Shown in pieces: positions 59,765 through 64,000 of a stretch of DNA of 64,000 bases. The stretch lies in NCBI GenBank assembly GCA_963781205.1, contig CAWAFG010000047.1, positions 12,936-76,935 on the forward strand. The letters are read 5' to 3'. Each line of letters starts with the position of its first letter. Positions within the stretch are counted from its first letter, which is position 1. This DNA comes from an uncultured beta proteobacterium (GTDB taxonomy: Bacteria > Pseudomonadota > Gammaproteobacteria > Burkholderiales > Burkholderiaceae_C). The position numbers were made by a program, and so were the translations under genes. The notes below the pieces were generated by a model. The model was not told where the DNA came from. It worked only from the letters and a program-made list of their open reading frames with translations, and did not search any database.

Positions 59765-60586
59765 ATGCCCAATCGCACTGTTTTCTTCATTTCCGACGGC
59801 ACCGGCATCACGGCTGAAACCTTTGGCAACGCCATACTGGCCCAATTTGAAACAAAGTCACGCCATGTGCGATTGCCGTTTGTAGATTCCGTGGACAAGG
59901 CTCATCAAGCGGTCCGACAGATCAACCATGCGGGCATTGTTGACGGCGCCAAGCCAATCGTATTCACAACCTTGGTGAATATGGAGGTGCTGAAAGTCAT
60001 CACAGAGGGGTGCCAAGGCTTGCTTCTGGACATGTTTGGAACCTTTGTGCATCCACTCGAGACTGAGCTCAAGCTCAAGTCCAACCACCGCATCGGTCGG
60101 TTCAGTGACGCAAGCAAAAGCAAGGAATACCAGTCTCGCATTGAAGCGATCAACTTCTCACTGGTGCATGACGACGGCCAATCCAACCGCGATCTGGCCC
60201 AATCCGATGTGATTCTTGTTGGCGTGAGCCGCAGTGGAAAAACACCCACCTCTTTGTATCTGGCCATGCAATACGGTCTTAAAGCATCGAATTACCCGCT
60301 CATTCCCGAAGATTTTGAACGCCAGCATTTGCCGCCCGCGCTCAAAGACCACAAGGGAAAAATCTTCGGGTTGACGATTCAGCCCGAGCGACTCAGCGAG
60401 ATTCGCAACGAACGTCGCCCCAACTCCAAATATGCGTCCATCGAAAACTGCAGAATGGAAGTACGAGAGGCCGAGGCCATGATGAAACTCGCAGGCATCC
60501 GCTGGTTATCCACCACGACGAAGTCAATTGAAGAAATTGCAACCACCATCCTTCAAGAAATTCGGCCAGAACGATTGGCCTATTGA
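59765..60586 (+). CDS. ppsR: PEP synthase regulatory protein (kinase/pyrophosphorylase)
   Basis: ISDGTGITAE, HDDG, GVSRSGKTP; divergent from ppsA. Confidence 0.93.
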   Translation: MPNRTVFFISDGTGITAETFGNAILAQFETKSRHVRLPFVDSVDKAHQAVRQINHAGIVDGAKPIVFTTLVNMEVLKVITEGCQGLLLDMFGTFVHPLETELKLKSNHRIGRFSDASKSKEYQSRIEAINFSLVHDDGQSNRDLAQSDVILVGVSRSGKTPTSLYLAMQYGLKASNYPLIPEDFERQHLPPALKDHKGKIFGLTIQPERLSEIRNERRPNSKYASIENCRMEVREAEAMMKLAGIRWLSTTTKSIEEIATTILQEIRPERLAY

Positions 60587-60624
60587 CCTGCATCAACCAT
60601 TGATCTGACGACCAAGAAAATCTT

Positions 60625-60643
60625 ATTGCGAATCATTAGTATT
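60625..60643. promoter_or_regulatory. Fur box upstream of feoA
   Basis: ATTGCGAATCATTAGTATT resembles the 19-bp AATGAGAATnATTCTCATT type. Confidence 0.65.
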
Positions 60644-60721
60644 CACATCAAATTTATCTATACTGCGCCTGAGTTCTCGCCCGCAGCGCTTTTTTGGCGC
60701 TGACATCAGTATTGATTGATC

Positions 60722-61030
60722 ATGACTGCAATTGCATCCTCCAGGCCTGCCGCATCTATTGCGCCATATTCAGTGGCGCACATGAAAGCGCGCAGCAGCG
60801 CCACTATTCATGCGCTGGTCGAGCCCGCTGCGCACACGGGTCATTCTGGCGTGGCACAACGCCTGACTGAATTGGGGTTTTTTCCCGGTGAAGCCGTCAC
60901 GGTATTGCGCCGTGGTCCAGGCGGAAGAGAGCCAATTGCCGTTCAAATTGGTGAAACCCTGTTTGCGTTGCGAAATATTGAAGCTGCCTGCATTCAAGTG
61001 ATTGAACACACCACGGAAGAGCGGGCATGA
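60722..61030 (+). CDS. feoA: Ferrous iron transport protein A
   Basis: RLTELGFFPGE..RRGPGG.EPIAVQI..FALR. Start uncertain. Confidence 0.9.
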   Translation: MTAIASSRPAASIAPYSVAHMKARSSATIHALVEPAAHTGHSGVAQRLTELGFFPGEAVTVLRRGPGGREPIAVQIGETLFALRNIEAACIQVIEHTTEERA

Positions 61031-62952
61031 GTGGATCTGCAACCGGCGGCACACAAGCCGCCTACATTGCGCTTGTCGGCAACCCCAACTGTGGCAAAAC
61101 CGCACTCTTTAACCTGCTCACCGGTGCGCGGCAAAAAGTGGCCAATTACGCCGGGGTCACAGTTGAGCGCAAGCAAGGAACGGCTCAGCTGAGAGACGGT
61201 AAAACACTGTCGGTGGTCGACTTGCCCGGCACCTACAGCTTGAACCCCACCACCGCCGACGAAACAGTGACGCATGACCTCCTGATGGGTTTGCGAGCTG
61301 GCGAAGCGGCACCGCAAGCCATCATCGCTGTGGTGGACGCCACAAACCTGCGCATGAACTTGCGTTTGGTTCTGCAACTGCGCGAGCTGGGCAAGCCCAT
61401 GGTCGTCGCATTGAACATGATGGACGTGGCCCGCGCCAACGGTCTTCACATTGATGCCGAAAAACTCGCCCAAGAGCTCAAGATTCCCGTTGTCCAGACC
61501 GTGGCCATTGACAATAGCCTGCTGGGCAGTTGGATGTCAGGAAAATTGGGGCGCGGCACCGAGAACGGTCGTGACGCATTGCTGGAAGCAGCTGTCAACG
61601 CCCTGAGCTTGGCAACCCACCACGACCTCCCGACCCTGCACAAACAACCCAGCCTGCTTACTTTGCAAAAAGAAGTGGCGCGAGTCTTGGCTGTTGCTGT
61701 GCCCCAAGGACCAAAGGTGCAGCGCTTCAATCACGGCATTGACGCCGTTGTGATGCACCCAGTTTGGGGCTTGGTCTTGCTGGCCGCCTTGCTGCTGTTG
61801 ATTTTTCAGGCCGTCTTTTCTTGGGCCAACGTTCCGATGGACGCCATCAAATGGGGCGTGTCCACAACCGGCGAGTTCCTGAGCGCCCACATGCCACCGG
61901 GGCTGCTACAAAGTCTGCTGGTGGACGGGGTGGTCGCAGGCGTCGGGGGAGTGATCATTTTCCTGCCGCAAATTCTCATTTTGTTTTTCTTCATTTTGCT
62001 GCTGGAGAACTCTGGCTACCTGCCACGTGCCGCCTTTTTGCTGGACAACTTGATGGGAAAGGTGGGTTTGTCGGGGCGGGCATTCATTCCCCTGCTCTCC
62101 AGCTTTGCCTGCGCCATCCCGGGCATCATGGCGACCCGTACTATCCCCAATTGGCGCGACCGCTTGGCCACCATCATGGTGGCCCCGCTGATGACTTGCT
62201 CCGCCCGCCTGCCCTTGTATGCGCTGCTGATTGGCGCCTTTGTGCCCGCGCGTGACATTGGCCTCTTCAATTTGCAGGGCCTTACGCTGTTTGCGCTTTA
62301 TGTGGCGGGCATCGCGTCCGCCATGGGGGTAGCCTGGGTGTTCAAACGGACCTGGATGAAAAACAGCTACCAGCCGCTGATGCTGGAGCTCCCCCCCTAC
62401 CGCATGCCCAACCTGCGCAACCTGATGCTGGGTTTGTGGCAACGCGCCCTCATATTTCTCAGCCGTGTGGGTGGCATCATTTTCGCCGTGATGGTGCTGC
62501 TTTGGTTCATGTCCACCTTCCCCGGCCCTCCGGACGGCGCCACGGGCGCAGCCATTCAGTACAGTTTCGCCGGCATGCTCGGTCATGCGCTGGAGCCTTT
62601 GTTTGCCCCCATTGGTTTCAACTGGCAAATTTCCATCGCTCTGGTGCCCGGCATGGCTGCCCGTGAAGTAGCGGTGGGTGCTTTGGGCACGGTTTACGCC
62701 TTGTCGGCCACCGGGGAAGAAACCGCCCAAGCGCTCAGCCCTATCCTGGCCCAAACCTGGTCCGTCGCGACCGCCTACTCGCTGCTGGCCTGGTATGTGT
62801 TTGCCCCGCAATGTATTTCCACGCTGGTGGTGGTCAAACGTGAGACCAACTCCTGGCGTTACCCCGCGCTCATGGCTGTCTACCTGTTTGGACTGGCGTA
62901 CTTGGCGTCGTTCATCACCTTTCGGATCGTCAACAGTTTGAATTTGGGCTAG
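61027..62952 (+). CDS. feoB: Ferrous iron transport protein B
   Basis: GNPNCGKT, NYAGVT, DLPG, NMMD, ENSGYLPR, CAIP, MTCSARL. Confidence 0.95.
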   Translation: MSGSATGGTQAAYIALVGNPNCGKTALFNLLTGARQKVANYAGVTVERKQGTAQLRDGKTLSVVDLPGTYSLNPTTADETVTHDLLMGLRAGEAAPQAIIAVVDATNLRMNLRLVLQLRELGKPMVVALNMMDVARANGLHIDAEKLAQELKIPVVQTVAIDNSLLGSWMSGKLGRGTENGRDALLEAAVNALSLATHHDLPTLHKQPSLLTLQKEVARVLAVAVPQGPKVQRFNHGIDAVVMHPVWGLVLLAALLLLIFQAVFSWANVPMDAIKWGVSTTGEFLSAHMPPGLLQSLLVDGVVAGVGGVIIFLPQILILFFFILLLENSGYLPRAAFLLDNLMGKVGLSGRAFIPLLSSFACAIPGIMATRTIPNWRDRLATIMVAPLMTCSARLPLYALLIGAFVPARDIGLFNLQGLTLFALYVAGIASAMGVAWVFKRTWMKNSYQPLMLELPPYRMPNLRNLMLGLWQRALIFLSRVGGIIFAVMVLLWFMSTFPGPPDGATGAAIQYSFAGMLGHALEPLFAPIGFNWQISIALVPGMAAREVAVGALGTVYALSATGEETAQALSPILAQTWSVATAYSLLAWYVFAPQCISTLVVVKRETNSWRYPALMAVYLFGLAYLASFITFRIVNSLNLG

Positions 62953-62957
62953 GACCG

Positions 62958-63230
62958 ATGGTTGCCTCCTCCTTTCTTTACGACACCTTCCAATACCTGA
63001 TCGTCGGCGCACTGGTGACGGGTTGCAGCATTTACTGCGTTCTGGCACTGGCGCCCAATGCGATCAAAGAGCCGCTCAGACGTTCCTTGCGACGTTTGCC
63101 TCTACCACAACGACTCTCTGAGCAGTTGAACCAGACTCGAGCGGCTGGCGCCTGTGGATCATCTTGCGGTGGTTGCTCGGCCTCATCCGCGCCGGAAAAA
63201 AAGGTTCTCTGGCTTTCCCAACGCCGTTAA
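62958..63230 (+). CDS. Small FeoB-associated membrane protein with C-terminal Cys cluster
   Basis: One TM segment and CGSSCGGC; starts 5 bp after the feoB stop. Confidence 0.7.
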   Translation: MVASSFLYDTFQYLIVGALVTGCSIYCVLALAPNAIKEPLRRSLRRLPLPQRLSEQLNQTRAAGACGSSCGGCSASSAPEKKVLWLSQRR

Positions 63231-63654
63231 GCACCTCATCCGTGGCCAGATACACGAGTGGCCAAGCGGGCGTCGGCGGCGATGGACAGCGCAAACTGAA
63301 TCTTCAAAGCATTGCTCATGTCGACTGTATTGACGGCCTTTGAGGGTGAACCTATCGATTGCAGGTCCACGGCTTGCATCGATCCGGACGCGTAGTGCGG
63401 TCTTAGCCCTTCCCCGCGTCACTTGCGGGGCCTGTGGTCCTAATCAACTCGCCCGCTTGGGATTAGCCAGGCCGACGTCAAGCGCGAGTCCGCCTACACA
63501 CCGCAGTCGCACCGCCGTAAACAGGCGAATTGCACACAAGGGTCTGAACGCCCTGCGACAGGAAGTGACAGCGCTGCAACCAGAAAACGATCAGCTTGCT
63601 GGCACAAAAGAAACTGCTTTCATCAAATTCAAGCCAAATTTCAAATTCAGTCTA

Positions 63655-63673
63655 AATGACAACGATTCTCATT
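63655..63673. promoter_or_regulatory. Fur box upstream of the TonB-dependent receptor
   Basis: AATGACAACGATTCTCATT, near-palindromic; TACAAT -10 follows. Confidence 0.75.
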
Positions 63674-63766
63674 TACAATAATTCACATTCATAGCCAGCC
63701 ACACCGCGCCACTCCATGACGTCTGCGGATTCAGCCAGCCATCTCCTCTCTGAATCAGGCGTCCAT

Positions 63767-64000
63767 ATGAAACATACTCAAAAATATCAGTCAAATACGG
63801 TTCTACCGCAGGTAAATACTGCGGGGGCAGCTATCAATTCAATAGCACCACGAGCGATGCTCTTGCCCCTGGGTGCCGCGCTGTTGGCGGGCTCCATGAG
63901 CGCCATGGCCCAACCCGTAACCACTGAAGCTGCTGCCACGCTCAAACCGGTGATCGTCAAGGAAAAGGCTGAAGCACCCGAAGGCAAAGACGCCCTGCGT
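63767..64000 (+). CDS. TonB-dependent receptor, 5' part (truncated by the window)
   Basis: Open frame MKHTQ..LLPLGAALLAGSMSAMAQ (signal peptide), then TonB-box-like TLKPVIVK; Fur box upstream. Confidence 0.7.
   Translation, partial: MKHTQKYQSNTVLPQVNTAGAAINSIAPRAMLLPLGAALLAGSMSAMAQPVTTEAAATLKPVIVKEKAEAPEGKDALR
63799..63847 (+). repeat. Dispersed 49-bp element, copy 7 (5' part of the TonB receptor ORF)
   Basis: ggttcta ccgc aggtaaatact gcgggggca gctat caattca atagc a. Confidence 0.82.

Noticed and set aside
22170-63847. Interpreting the 49-bp repeats as a CRISPR array, integron attC sites or OxyR boxes
   Set aside because: Copies are kilobases apart with no cas or integrase gene and no RYYYAAC/GTTRRRY ends. 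The outer OxyR tetranucleotides are missing and several copies are not in promoters.

Overview
Chromosomal segment of a betaproteobacterium, Comamonadaceae-like (resembles Rhodoferax), judged from gene order and protein sequences. From left to right it holds: the 5' part of thrS with a Thr-leader attenuator; aceA; a complete agmatine/putrescine gamma-glutamylation cluster (speB-puuB-puuD-puuA-spuC-potFGHI-puuC); an EamA transporter, rraA and a SWIB protein; dppBCDFA; and an accessory block at about 22-38 kb. That block contains a frameshifted TPP enzyme, an MFS/AraC pair, a PBP-GGDEF protein, a RES/antitoxin pair, a two-component system with EF-hand, YHYH and HupE/UreJ genes, an ACT protein and an acyl-CoA synthetase. 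After it come clpB, a GNAT, moaE/moaD/moeA/mobB, thrC, hom, alaA, bcp, PIN-PhoH, dnaB, rpsF-priB-rpsR-rplI, a fused DUF4212-solute symporter, ppsA/ppsR, feoAB and the start of a TonB-dependent receptor. The most striking unexplained signal is a dispersed, gap-free 49-bp element (N7-SCNC-N11-GC-N7-GCTAY-N7-RTAGC-A). It occurs seven times on the + strand and probably once on the - strand. Copies sit in intergenic gaps, across a stop codon, and in frame inside moeA and the TonB receptor gene. No CRISPR array, rRNA, tRNA, transposase or integrase was recognised. All calls are by eye; no database searches were run.
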